Shown here one piece after another: positions 1-13,800 of a stretch of 64,000 bases of DNA (position 1 is its first letter; each line of letters begins with the position of its first letter). A program made the translations under genes and the position numbers. The DNA comes from Oopsacas minuta. Its lineage: Eukaryota; Animalia; Porifera. The DNA is taken from positions 1,623,627 through 1,687,626 of the forward strand of contig JAKMXF010000111.1 in the NCBI GenBank assembly GCA_024704765.1. The letters are read 5' to 3'. The notes below the pieces were generated by a model. It did not search any database, was not told the origin of the DNA, and saw only the letters and a program-made list of their open reading frames with translations.

Positions 1-1539
1 CTGCTACGCTTAGAATTTAACGGTCCCAACTGTTACTTAAAGGATCTATCAAATTTTATGATAATTATCATTTACTTCTTAATTATAAGGACTGTCGACT
101 CCAACTCATTGTTATTTCAAAACTATTCAGTAATTTGTTATAAAATGTATTATTGTTGAATAAGAAGTTGTACATGGGGAGTGTGTATTGCACAAATTTT
201 CTGGTTTTTGAGTTTGCGGTTATCACACTTTTACATATGTGAATATACATATATGTGGTATATTGCTTAAAATTCGGAAACAGCTGAAGTTAGACCTGAA
301 ATATGTACTACGATTGAAGGGGAAGTTGTACATGGAGCCTATTGACCCGGTTGGCTTATCCATAACATTTTATATACTAAGACAATGAATATATTGAAAT
401 TTTGGACCGGGGACAGTTTTGGCATTATTGATGACTACGCAATTTTCGAGAGTCAACAATTGTATCGATATATTAATTTTACTCACAAATCTTCATTGAT
501 TCTATTAAAGAATAATTATTCACAGCAGTTAACAGCTATTATAGGAAAGGTTTTAACCACCCCCTTAATTTGTTAAGCAATCCCAGTCCTGAAATATAAT
601 TAAAAAAGGTAAGTAAATACTCAGGAAGACCCAAAATTATATGGGGGGGGGCTCAGCCAGTGGCGTATCTAGGATTTTGAAACTAAGAGGCCTAGACAAA
701 AGAATCATAAAGGCTTAAAATTTGACACAAAAATGCTGAAAACACTGACATTTTTGAATTTTGTTCCTAACTAATTATACAGAAAAAATAATGTATTAAT
801 TCAGTTAACCAGCAAATATCGAATGTAATTCTACTGATATCAACTGCTAGTCTACTACAGATATATTAACTCAAGCATGAATATGTATTACATGATAAAC
901 GAGGACAGTGTTGGGGTTGGTTAACCAAATTAAGTGGGTGGTTAAAACCTGTTAGAAAATATCGATTAACCGGTTAACCGATGCATTGTGCAATTATTCT
1001 AAAATCTAATCATTGAAGTTTGGTAACTAAAATTGAAAAAACAATTCTATATATGCGTTTGCGATGCGATTATAACTTATAAAACAATTGGAATTTGACG
1101 GACGTATAACTTCTCATAAATACCTTATAAGCAGAATTCGTGTACGTATATAGAAATTCGTACGAATATATTAGTGAAAAATGACACCATTCGGTTAAAC
1201 GAATAAATTTTCTGCTAGCAGTTAACTTGATATAGTGGTGGTTAACCGGCTAACCGAATCCAGCCATGATAAGGATATGATACCGGTGGCGAAATATTTG
1301 GCCATACCGGGTCTAAAGATAGCCGGACCACAAATATCTGATATATTTGGTATGGTTAACGTATTAAACTAGAGAGGAGCTCTAGGATCGTGCTACGAAT
1401 CAGGATTATATAAGCCCTACTTACCAAATTCTTTAATTTTTTCGATTCATGGAAAAAACTAAGACAAGCAAAATGCTTTCCTCTTAGATGAATAAATTAA
1501 GGCGCCTTGATTTTTAGCTCAAAAGTACAAATTCACAGA

Positions 1540-2240
1540 TTTATCATATGATTAATTAATCATCATTCCACACCTTTTTGAAATATTTCGAAATAATGCT
1601 AGAAGTTTTGTTTCAACGGCTTTTAGGGGTAATCGCGTATGGCTATTCAAATTTATATCTATATGATTTATCATATGATTAATCTTATTTTCACACCTTT
1701 TGGCATAAATTTCAAGTTTATGCTAGAGATTTCGTTTCAACTGTTAGTCAGGGCTAATCGATTATGAAGATTCCAATTTTGACATTTCAAATCTAAATCT
1801 AAATGATTGATCATATGATTCATCTAATTTTCACACCTTCGTACGTAAACAGTAGTACTCAGTTAAGACGAACTCGCTTGGGAAACAAAAAAAAGTATGT
1901 CTTACCCGAGTATATCTTATTGGGGTACGTATAAACCGAGGTTGTCAGTATCAGTATGATTCTACATACATAGTATGAATACTTACCTCGAAATAATCAA
2001 TACAAGTTTAGTACGTATTATCCCCTATTGTGATTTGAATCAGATTTGATAATATAAAAGATAAATACTGTACTTATCCGAGTATGATTCAATACATTTT
2101 GTTCTTTTGAGAAGAAGAATTTGTACGTCTTAACCGAGTTTTACTGTATTTCAATTTGATGTTAGAAATTTCGTTTGACTGTTTTTCATGCATAATCAAG
2201 TAGTATGTATATTCCAATTTTGACATCTGAAGGTATATAT
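1540..2240. repeat. Three diverged tandem ~130-bp units (ATCATATGATT...CACACCTT...); the third is split by a MITE
   Basis: Unit starts near 1543, 1670 and 1810. Related sequence lies at about 16745-16920 and 41220-41370 (-). Confidence 0.7.
1850..2146. mobile_element. pogo/Tigger-type MITE
   Basis: CAGTAGTACTCAGTTAAGACG ... CGTCTTAACCGAGTTTTACTG|TA. It interrupts a tandem ~130-bp repeat array. Confidence 0.75.
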
Positions 2241-2474
2241 AGTTTTAGACCTGAAATAATTCTCAGACACAGAAGCCAAAATCAGTCCGACCTGGAGCAG
2301 TGCGGTATCTACACGAGAGGGCTATGACCCCCCCAGAAAACTAAAAACTAAAAACTCCGAGCTGCACTACCACTCTGTTGGATGAACATTTTATCCAAGT
2401 AGATTGAGATCACAGAAAGTGAAGCGGGTTAAAAGTTCCCAATTAGGTTATTTAAAAATAAAATCTCTGCTTAC

Positions 2475-4881
2475 CGATTTGTATACAAGCTTAACAGCAT
2501 CCAGTAATAGCTCTAACTTGCGAAGTGGAGAATACATCCCTGCCAGTCGTGTGAAGATTTTGGTAACTTCTCGTCTGGTTCCCTCGTCAGGAGGGATTAG
2601 GTTTTCCTAAAAAAAGATTGTATGCAGTATAACTTCGCTGCCGGGAGTATCAATTTCGAGCCTATCCCTCGTTCTATGTTAACTTATACAAAGGTTTCAG
2701 TTTTAAGGTGGTATCGTATTTAAGCGAGTATAAGATTTTAGAGATTTCTATATGGTTGACTGGTAATCTTATTTGTCCTAAGAAATTATTTAAATTTTAT
2801 AAGTGACATTGGTATATCAACTGATAGGGTATGATGTCATATTTTAACATGTTCATTGGTTTGAGTTGAATTCAAGAAGATGCTCACAAAACACTTTACA
2901 ATGAATACGAAGTAATATAACACAGTTAATAATTATAGAAAGTCTTCAATTTCTGTGCGATTTATCATAGTTAAACTAAGTAGGCGGGATATATACGTAT
3001 TTAATAATAATATTATAATTTATAGAACAATGTTCGTTACTTGGTATTTAACAACACAGCAGTAACAATTAGTATAGTTTGATATCCTGATAAGATCAGA
3101 AAGGCAATGCTCTTCCAAACTGGTGTGTCTCTTATTATTACATTAACCAATCCCGTCAGTAGATTAGCTGCTAGGAAGTAGATCAACTGGTAGCTATTCA
3201 CTGCTTTTAACAATTCGGGCTGGAGTTGTTTGATGCTTAATCTATTCTCACTCTTGGTTTCTTCTATTTTTCGCTCCTTGTTTTGCTCCTGCTGCTGCTG
3301 TGAATGTAGAAGAAAGGCAACGAGGATGTCTACGAGGAGGAATATGACTAAAAAAGAGAGTTGTATGGACAAAGTCCAGAGACAATAAGGTAGATTGGCT
3401 ACACATCTAGAGATAGGCTGTATGTATTCTTGACTAAGCCATGTAACTATCCATGTAAAAGCAGCTAGCAGAGATAATTGGATAATCCTTTTAAAGGATT
3501 GGTAAAATGTAGACATATTGTGGTGGAGCAAATGTCCAATTGAAATGCTAGCTAGGTAGATCCAGGATAATCCAATCGAAGAGAAGATCCCCTCCCTGTT
3601 TGAATTCAAGAATCCTTCTCTGATATCAGTGCAGTTTAAGCATGGCTCAAACCTTCCATATTGTATGTAATGAGTGAGTCCGTTGTTCAGAGCCCACTGG
3701 TAGAGTAGAATGAGTGGAAGAGACCAGAAGAACATCAGTGGAAAGAATGAGAGTGGGAAGAGAGAGGTCACTCCGAATGCTACAAGACGTACAACAGCGA
3801 TAGTTAAAAAGAAGTTCCAATGGACGCCATACTCAGTAACAGGCTGATGATAGGTGAAGAGATGGAGGAGAGCTAGACGTCCTAAGCCTATAAGTATGAT
3901 GAGGGAACATGATTTAACAGTGCATGCTAGCCGTTGAGTAAAAGAGCTCTTGAAGTACTCTCTTGGTTTTGTGATACACTTCAATACTAGGGCACTCATA
4001 CCGATGTAAGTTCCTACTCCAATGTCCATTAGTGTAGCCCCAAACAACTCACTCTTATGGAAGCGGACAGGAAATATAGAAAAGTCGACAGCAAGAATGC
4101 TGATACACGACAGAGCATTCACAAATGAACGAAAATTTGTGAGGAATTGCTTGTTAGTATTTGGATATAACGGGATTTTCCAAATTATTTGGTAGTTAGT
4201 AGCGATAAAATGATGTGTAATCATAAACAAGATCACTGTTGTTACTACTACAGTTATAATAATTTCATATACAAATTCAGACAGTAGGGTGAAGCAGAGG
4301 ACAGATGGGAAAATAAGTAATATTCCATCTACAATATGCCAAGTTAGTGAGGAAGATTGTGGGAGTTGCCGACACCTGTCGTTAATTAGAATCAAACTTC
4401 TAAGGAAGAGCACTAAAGGAGCTACAAGTACCAATAGGAAGACTTCAAGAAGACTCATGGAGTGGGTAAGTTTGTAAGAAACTTGTATCAATTGATTGTT
4501 ATGAATTTTTATCTGATAGCTAATAATATACAGAGGACATAAGAATAGATATGATTAGCAATCCTTACTTTATTGGTTGGTGATTATATTAAGTTACATT
4601 TATGGCAAAACGTTTTAACGCCTTATTTGCTTCTTTAGGTATGCCCCTTTGGAAATATTTTATGCTCTCGAATTCTTCTAAGTAACTTTTTCGAATAACC
4701 TCATAAAAGTTGTATGGGGTTCAGTTATGATTGAATTATTAGGTCCTAGGTTGACTAGCATAGGCCTTGTCGGCTATCCGATAGACTTCTTATGATTTAA
4801 CTTACCCTAACTCCCAAATAAACTGGTGACTTGGATACTCCTTTGTCAATGTTAATAGATATCTTTTCTAGGTCTTTATTC
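2475..4881 (-). CDS. Exons at the start of the VPS9 region (4881-4806 and 2606-2475), flanking the PIGW-containing intron
   Basis: KNKDLEKISINIDKGVSKSPVYLGVR|ENLIPPDEGTRREVTKIFTRLAGMYSPLRKLELLLDAVKLVYKS matches the RIN VPS9 motif MYSPxxKxxLLLxxxKLxY. Donors are AGG|GTAAGT at 4806 and TCG|GTAAGC at 2475. Confidence 0.85.
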
Positions 4882-7800
4882 CTGAAGATAATAAGTATTT
4901 AGTTTAAATAAATTATATAATTAATCATTATCGAGTTTCACACAGGACTGGGGTTGGTTAACAGAAATACGTAATGAGATCAGGGATGGTTCAAAAATCG
5001 GTTAACTGGTTAACCGCTGCAATACAATTACTCGTGTATACAACAAACGATTTTGGCTCAAATTAAAATATCCATCCATAGCTATTATGTGTGCTATGAT
5101 GATACGATTGTATTTGACAAAATGATTGAAATTAGAGGATACCAACTTAAAATGTAACATCGCATAACTACTTAACCTGCAGAATTCGTAAATAAACATC
5201 ATTTTGTCCTCTTAAAACCCTAGGAACAATGAATAAATTGGTGGCAACGACACTGTACTATTCCGTTAACCGATTCCATCTTAAAAGGGGTATTGGATTC
5301 GGGTTCTCGGGTCGGATCGGATCGGGTTTAGGTTCGAGTTCGTGATTTGGGTCAAATCGTGTATAAAATCTTAAATTGCTGGTTATAATCAATGTTCAGT
5401 ACAATAACATCTAAGTGCCTTTCAGTGACCTTATAAAAGGAGATAATATTGTGATCAGATTTGAAAAACTAATTAGGTACAATATATTTTTCTTTAGAAC
5501 GTAGCACGTAGCATGTAGCACGTAGCATGTAGCATGTAGCATGTAGCATGTAGCACGTAGCATGTAGCACGTAGCATGTAGCATGTAGATATTTCACACT
5601 TTTATACAAAACGTTCTATAATATGTATCCAGACACCAGACAAAGGTTTCGGGTCTGGTCGGGTTCTAAATTAGAGCCTAATTCCAACTCTGATCCAACA
5701 CTGATACACATATATTACTAAAATGATAATTTAAGTTCCCACTTTTTGTGAGGTTATTATAATGGTGTAAGCCATGCCACGGTTAGTATTGTTGGTCTTA
5801 AAGTGCTCTCCAATCCCCACTTAGTGGTCTTTCACCATTTATTGAGGCATATTTCTATGGAATATGACTAACATTATTTCTACAATCTATACCTCAATGA
5901 TAGACTTTCTGCTGTTTGCAATTGACATAAACTTGCCAATATGTATATGACCAAACCAGTTGATATTCAAATCCTTAATTTATTAAGACTTATGTGATCA
6001 TAAATTACAGTGGAGGTATACACATCATCTACTATGAGTACCACTGGGTAATAACATCAGAGAATATATATGACATATTTTATTACTTATTTATTTATTA
6101 CGTGTATACTTGCAATACTTCAGTACTCACTTGCTGAGGTAGTATCTGATCTGTTTGATCAGATGCTCGTATATTGGTCTGAGTATAATATTGTAAAGAC
6201 AATTTTCACAAATTGCATCAAGTCTTTCGTTTAGATCATCCTCTGACTAAATACATATATCATCAACATTATATAAATCGCTGACTTCTTGAAATATTCA
6301 ATCAATTAGTTGGAATAAGCGTATAATTATAATATGTTGATCATTTTTACCTATTTTGAATAGGCGATAAAATGGGTCATTTCGTTATATCTGAGTTCAA
6401 TATAACGGAAGTCGACTGTATCTTAAATTTCATACCCTAGTATTTATCTTAAAAGCTATGTAAATTCGTGAACTAACAATTATCTTTCATATTTAAGTAA
6501 CATTTGGAATGATTGCATGACTTACTATCTCAACAGATTCTCCCTTAGTTGCATTCTCCGTTATCTGTCCTCTAAATTTACGTGTCATCACGTCTATCTT
6601 TTCTGTTAACAGATGTTTCTTAACACCATCCAAGAATCTTCGTACCTATATGCATCCACATGGTTAATTATTAATACTTGTAGCTTTCGTAGTTTGATGC
6701 AGACACTAAGCTCTAATAGTGGATAGAAATGAAACCTAACTAGCTCCAATAAATACATGATTGCATAGATGGAGCTTTTATGTATGCAGATTGAAAAAAT
6801 CTAAAATTACAATATGTGCCTACAGCTTAGTCAATTAATTAATCCTGTCTAAATTGACTCAAGAAATTAGAGGCACTAAGTGTATTAGGTTAAATTTAAC
6901 ATTTTTATAGTGCCTCAATTACTAGTGCCAATTTAAACAAATTTAATTAATAGACTAACCCATCGTTTCCGGCTATTTTCACCTCTGGACCGCCTATACC
7001 AATTTTAACAGATTCTGTGGACCCCTGCTGTCTTCCGTGGATCACCAAGGGGTCCATGGACCCCAGATTGGGAACAGCTGGACTAAGCAGTCGATACAGA
7101 TTTTAATTTTAGATTTTTGCTCGCTACGCTCGCAGTTTATGGTAGATATAAAACAAATATTTGTCTATTGTTTAATCTTGCATTTTGACAAATTTTGAAA
7201 ATTTGTTATGTCATAATCAGCCACACTAGTTGCAGAAAAATTCTACCTCTTATAAAAATGGTGTTGGAAGCATTATAGTATTCCGTGACGTCATGTTGAC
7301 TTAGCAAATATATATATAATTTTTGTGAATGTTGCAAACACTAATGTTTCATCTAATTTTTCGAAAATTTTTGAAATTTTCTTTGTCATCACCATATCCA
7401 CTATCGTGATGTCATGATTATTATGGAAATTGTATATCCCATTTAACATACACTTCAGCAATTGTAAGTATTATTCTATATCTTATATAAATTTGTGAAG
7501 TCATATTGACTGAGCCAAAATTTACAAAATTTCTGAGTGTGTCTAAACACTCATGTTTTCGCTACTAGTATTATATTTCGAAAACCTAATGTTTCATCGA
7601 ATTTTTCGAAATCTCGCCTTTGGAAATTTTGCCTTGTCATCACTTGATGACGTCATCGTTTGGTGCCTAATGCGTCCGTCCTGACATGTACTATACATCA
7701 TCAAGCAGAAGTATTATTACTCTGGTACCGATATTTATTATTCCATACCCTAGCGATTGTGTACTTAGTTTGTTGAATTATATCAAAACCATTGTATACT

Positions 7801-10800
7801 AACCTCCTACTACAATTTTGCTCCTAGCATTATATTAACCAAAATCCTAATATAATTCCTATGTGAAAATTTTGAAAGTGGCACAAAAGTGGCCAGTGTG
7901 TCAGATCAAAAATTGTGACGCTCAGTGCACACTGCACGTTAATTGTCCATCTACCCTGAATATTTCAGCTCTTAATATATAATAGTTTTGACTGTGCGCT
8001 AGCGATGGATAAACAATAATTTATGCAATGATTTCAATACTGAGCCTTATTTATGCTAAAGAATAGTCGGCACAGTAATAATCCTAAATACAAAAGTTAA
8101 ATTATTATTCAAAGAAAATAAAGTTGGTTTATTCATAAAATATATGAAAATGACTAAAGTCAAATTTGATAGAGAATATGCTATACGAAAAAGTTATCTC
8201 TATTGTACTATTAGCTAGTTATACGCTATGTAGTTGAATTACACGAACAAACGGTGATATAATGACTAGAAGACAATATTCGTGCGGTGGAACTGAAACA
8301 TGTTCCCAACTAACAGCGGCCTTAACTAATGTAAATACCTATCTAGTAGGTAAAACTAGGAACCTTGAAAGTTGATTGCAATTTGTTATGCTATACTAGG
8401 GATCGACCGGGGGGCACAATTCTCGGCCGGGGCCGGGACTCGGTCGATCCCTAGTTCCTCAAGTCCAACCTAAGTGCTGTTTGATTTGTCTCATTCAAAT
8501 TACTTCAAACACCACCTGACGTAGTTCTTCCTAATCAACCTTTCGAAGAAATTGATGATGATAGCGAAGATTTAGATGGATTATAGAGATACATATATAT
8601 TTTGATTTAGTATCTTGCATAAAATTTCTTCGTTCTAAACCTATCATATTTTGCTTTTTGAAATACTCTTAGCATAAATTTCATTAAACACCCCGGCTGG
8701 CCAGGGGCCGGGTTCTCAACTTTTTAGCCGGGGCCCTGGTCGATCCCTATGCGATACAAGATAAGCATAATAAAGTAGAACTTCGTTAGGACGGACACGA
8801 ATAAGGTGAATTCCGATTAGTGAGTATAGTATTCCATTCTCCATGACAATTACTTGCAGCCAAAAACTTTGGTTAATACAACTTAATAGTTAATACGAAA
8901 TCCGATAAGGAGTACGCATTTTGAAAAAATTACAGTAAAATATGATAATACCGAAGTGATTCTTTACCCCCTATAGCTTTAAAGTTATTGATTTTCTCAG
9001 CTTGCAATGAAATGAAACTGGGGTCTCGAGCACTCAGTTATTATGTGAGTTTACTGTATATTAAATGTTGAATGCAAAATTGCTGCATGAAATAAGGCAG
9101 CATAGACGATATTCAAGATACAACAATGTACCATGAAAAAATTAAAAAATCGAATTTCATACTGTAATAGTGTTGTTTATATTTCCATAAAACATGTCGC
9201 ATGCAAGAAAGTACGTATTGTCTTTGGTGATCTTAAGAAAGCAGGCAAAACCTTTAGTCAGGCAGAACATGACCTAGTTTTTATGTGTAGTTGAAATTTT
9301 TCATTTAAATATTATATTAACCATAGATTGAGGTTGTCATCAAATATTTAGCCGAATACTCATCGAAATTGATGAGCAATTTTAAAGGTCATCAAAAATT
9401 GATGCCCTAAAAATAGTTCATCAATTTCGGTGAGTATTCTTTACACCCAAAATCATGTTCTGCTTGACTAAAGGTCCATTAAATGGAAATTGAATTGACC
9501 ATGGATAATAAAAAATTTAACCTCGAGGGACGTACTACCGAGTATATCCCGTCGCTTAGCGACTTAGTGCTTCAGGTTAGCTTAAGAATATTAATACTTA
9601 AGCTAACCCCGAGGCACTAAGCTGTCGCGGAGCGACCTAGCGAGCGAAGCGCGGTAGTATATATATATATATATATATTTGTAGAATTATAAATCGTTTT
9701 GTTGGGGATAATCCAAATTCTATCAGCAGGAAACTCTGTACATAGTGTCTAAGTATTGTTTGTATTTCCCGGTCACAATGTACTGAGTTCCAAGCTGATA
9801 GTATTTGGATTGTCCCAAACAAAACTATTTAGAATTCGGCAATTATATCAAAGGCGTCGTTACCTGGAAATTCAAATATTATATACATTTTAACATATTC
9901 AAATGTGTCCTAAAGTGGTACTTTCAAGTGGCTAAATATAGAAATTCCATTGCTGGCAAAGGGCCAGAAAATTGAAATGCATTATATACGAGTCATACAA
10001 TGGTAAAATAGTCTCAAAAAAACTATGGACTCGAATGCATACCGTAGCTCAAGTTCTGACGGACTATTAAATTAGGAAATCAAAACAAAAACTTAACATC
10101 GGATATATAGGTGCTTCTTTCCGCCCCAAAATATATATATCAATTTTCGTGAAATAGGACCACAAGAATTCGCACAGCTGCACAGACGTACGTACGTATG
10201 GATGCCGCATAAAGTCCATACCATTAGTCCACCTTCATATAGGAAATATCAGTGGGTCCCAAACCTGCTCTAAAGTCTTTTCAATATTTACTTTTCCATC
10301 ACCTTGTTGACGTTTGAGAATAGCTTTAATAAAACTGTTAATTTTATTACCCATGGGGTGGGTCCAACCGTTTAATCTATAGAGAAAAGAAGAATTTAAA
10401 GAAGAGTTTTAAAAAAGTTGAGTAGAAACAGTACTCAAAATATTCCAATTCTGTAAATACTCCCTAACTCTGTGAAACTATTTCAATTAGCTTTACCCCA
10501 GCCGGGGGCGTGGTGGCTAGGGACGAGACAACGAGAACTCGTTTTGGGCCCCGACATCATGGCCCCCATAAATGTATCTTGCACTACTATATATTGAATA
10601 TTATTTCACCTTATGAGAATGCATGCTCAAGTATAGTCCCTAGAGCTGTCAGGGGGCAATTTTGGTTTCGTGGGACCAAAATTTCAAAGTAGAAACAATT
10701 AATCATTAAATTTTGGGTCTAACGGTAACAATTTTCCAGGGAAACAAAGTTCTCGTGAAAGATCAATATTTTAGCATAGAGCCGTGAGATTTATCCAAGG

Positions 10801-13800
10801 CATATCTTGCATCCGCGACTGGACCCTCAGACTATGCTAGTTTGTAGTCCTTTCTGAAGGACCAGCACACCCTGACCCCAGCGTATTTCTGATGGCAAAT
10901 ATTCACAACTATATATACTGTTTTATCAGGTAAAATTTAACATACTATTATAGTGCCTCCAATTACTTTGCCACGTTAAAACAAATTAAATTAATAGACT
11001 AAGCAGCCGACACAGATTGTAATTTAGATTTGTTGCTAGCTAGGCTAGCAGTTTACGATAAAATCGTTTAGAAACATTCCAATTTTGTTTAAAAAATTCA
11101 AATTTTAGAAATTTGCTATGTTATCACTATCTCCACAATAGTAACGTCATGTTTATGGTGGCCAATGTGTCCGTCCTGACATCAACTACACTTCATCAGT
11201 TGGAAGTATTACTCTAGCAGTTATAGTTAACGAGATATTCGCCTTTCAAATTTTCTGTGGTTAATGACGTTAAGATACCAGTTGGACATACTAGGGAAGA
11301 AAATTTCCCAAATATAGTCATCTGAACACTTAAACAACGGGGAATTCAACGGTGAGTACGAATATGGCGATATAAAATCAGTTAGAGGATTAGAAAATGT
11401 TAGTAGCAGGGGGATTGTGGGGGTTTACTACCGACAAAATGTAAACCGTTATAAAAGTTTTTCCCCAAAACGGATTTTAGCGGATTTTGGATATGTTACT
11501 CTACGAAGGTTTGCGCTTATAATGATGCCATATTCATTTGTACCAATTTTTTCCGGGTTGAACTCTCCAACGACCAGATTGTGTACTAAAGTTTGCTGAA
11601 TTATATCAATACCATCTTATACTGTACATAACCTACTACTACCACTATTTTGCACCCAGTAATATATTAACCAGAAACCTAATACAATTCCTTTGGAAAA
11701 TTATGAAGTGCGCCAAAAGTGGCAAATTGTGTCAGATAAAAAATCGTATATTTTTATTGTGTGAATAATTATTATAGATAAAATACAAGGAATTTATAGT
11801 TCTCAATATAAATGTTTGTTCACAAAGTAAGTTATTCAAAGCAAATATAGATTGGAAATCAGAACAATTAATGTGGAAAAAACGAAATCTCAAATCACCG
11901 CCTGTGTCGACGTAATATCCCCTTAGGCCACCAGATAGGGCGTAATTTGGTAACCACATGTCTGTTGAGAGAAAGTCTCTACTAATATTTAGAAATTTGA
12001 TAATTGGTTTACTATCCATTCCTAATTCGACAAATTTTACATATCATATGCGAATTCGGATTCAGCGTACTCAAATACCCATGTATTGCAGTTAAAAGCA
12101 AGTATCTACGTACATTTTGATATTTCAATTTTGTCTTTATATTCATAAAAAGTTAAAACAAGAATAAAATTACAATACCGATGTCGGTAAATCCGAAGTT
12201 TACTGTAGTACTATTTACAACCCGACGTCTCAATCGTAATTACCTGTTTATGTACATCACAACTCTCTGTGTAGGAGTCCTCTGTTTCTTGAATTTACTC
12301 CCTAAAAGCAAACACAAATAACAATACGTATATAAGTAGGTACGGTGAAACATACTGAAAATGCTGTTAACACCCACTTTAACTGTTGGCTCTACAACTT
12401 ACAATTCTTCAAATAGTGACAGTCAATTGGAGGTATTAATAGCCATTCGCGGTAATAAAGGTAAATAGTTCGATGATAGTAATTATATATTTGAACAATT
12501 TATCTCAAATTTAGTTAATAGAGATAGTAATTTACTAATTATATTTAAATGATAGCTGTTAACAGCCACAATTTACATATTATTAGAAGAGTCAAAATAT
12601 CAGTTTCCGTGACCAACCTCTGGCTAGTAAAATTTGATGGTCTAATTGGTACCTTAGGGTATTTGTTAAAAATAAGCTCCTAGGCAGGTCTGAGAAATGT
12701 GAGCAAATAATTATGTGGAGGGTCCTAAGGCTACCGACAGCCCAAATTGAAAAAATTTATTAATTCATAGATATTGTTGATGACCTCAGGGAGTTCATCA
12801 ATTTTGAGCCATCAAAAGGGAGGTTATCAATTATTAGACTAAATTTATTCATTAAAATATCCAAAATTACAATCTGTACTGACAGCTTAACCAATTAATT
12901 AAATTTGTTTGTCATCATACTCCACTAAAGTCTACGTATAGTGACGTCATTATTATTATGGGAAAGGTATCCCATTAAACATCTACTACACTTCATCAGT
13001 TGCAATTATTATTCTATCTCTTATGAAGACGGAGATATGAGCATTCTAGTGATCCGTCATATATGTCATTTAGCTTGTACACGCCAAAATTCTGGGAACA
13101 CCAAGATTAATCAACTCATCCGCGGCAGCCACACCTCCCACGAAGTTTTATATACGTTAAATTGTGATGTAACTCCTATTTCTGCAACCAACGACTGGGC
13201 ACCTTGATATGCATTTCTACCGCGAGTTATTCCAGTTCATCCATCAAGATTGTACCGTTAATTGGGACTTTGCGTTCCCGGGCATTGCGAAATCATATCA
13301 ATAAAGCTTCATCCAAATTCCATATTTAACAGCTGACTTATTTCGCTTTGGATTTGGTTACATACTAGTATAATCACGGTATTTGTTCTTTCTTTTAATT
13401 TTAGCACAGCACTTTGGGAAATTTTATATTTTTTGCTTCTTCATCTTGACCAATTCTTGTACGAAGATATAGGAAAATATTATAGTTGGATCTCTTTTTG
13501 GTGTGGGATTGGAAATATTATTCCTATATGATACATATTCTTAAATAGTATATTCCGATATAGTGTACCCACTGTATTTCCCCTGGACTACTGAGTATAC
13601 ATGCTTGGATGTTGTCAAGGGTTTTTTGAGGCGGGATTATAGGGTGATTTCTATAAAACATAAAATATACGAATCCACCATCCATGGTTAAATCTAATAA
13701 GCATGTAGGGGACCATTTTTGTCAAAACAGGGTACGTAGATTCTAATTTTTTACTGTGCCGACTATTCTATAGAGTATAGTGGCTCAGTACTAAAATGCT

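Noticed and set aside
4589-4718. 43-codon minus-strand frame (...YFQRGIPKEA...) as a reverse-transcriptase fragment
   Set aside because: Only a partial resemblance to GIPQG with no other RT motif; a chance ORF cannot be excluded.
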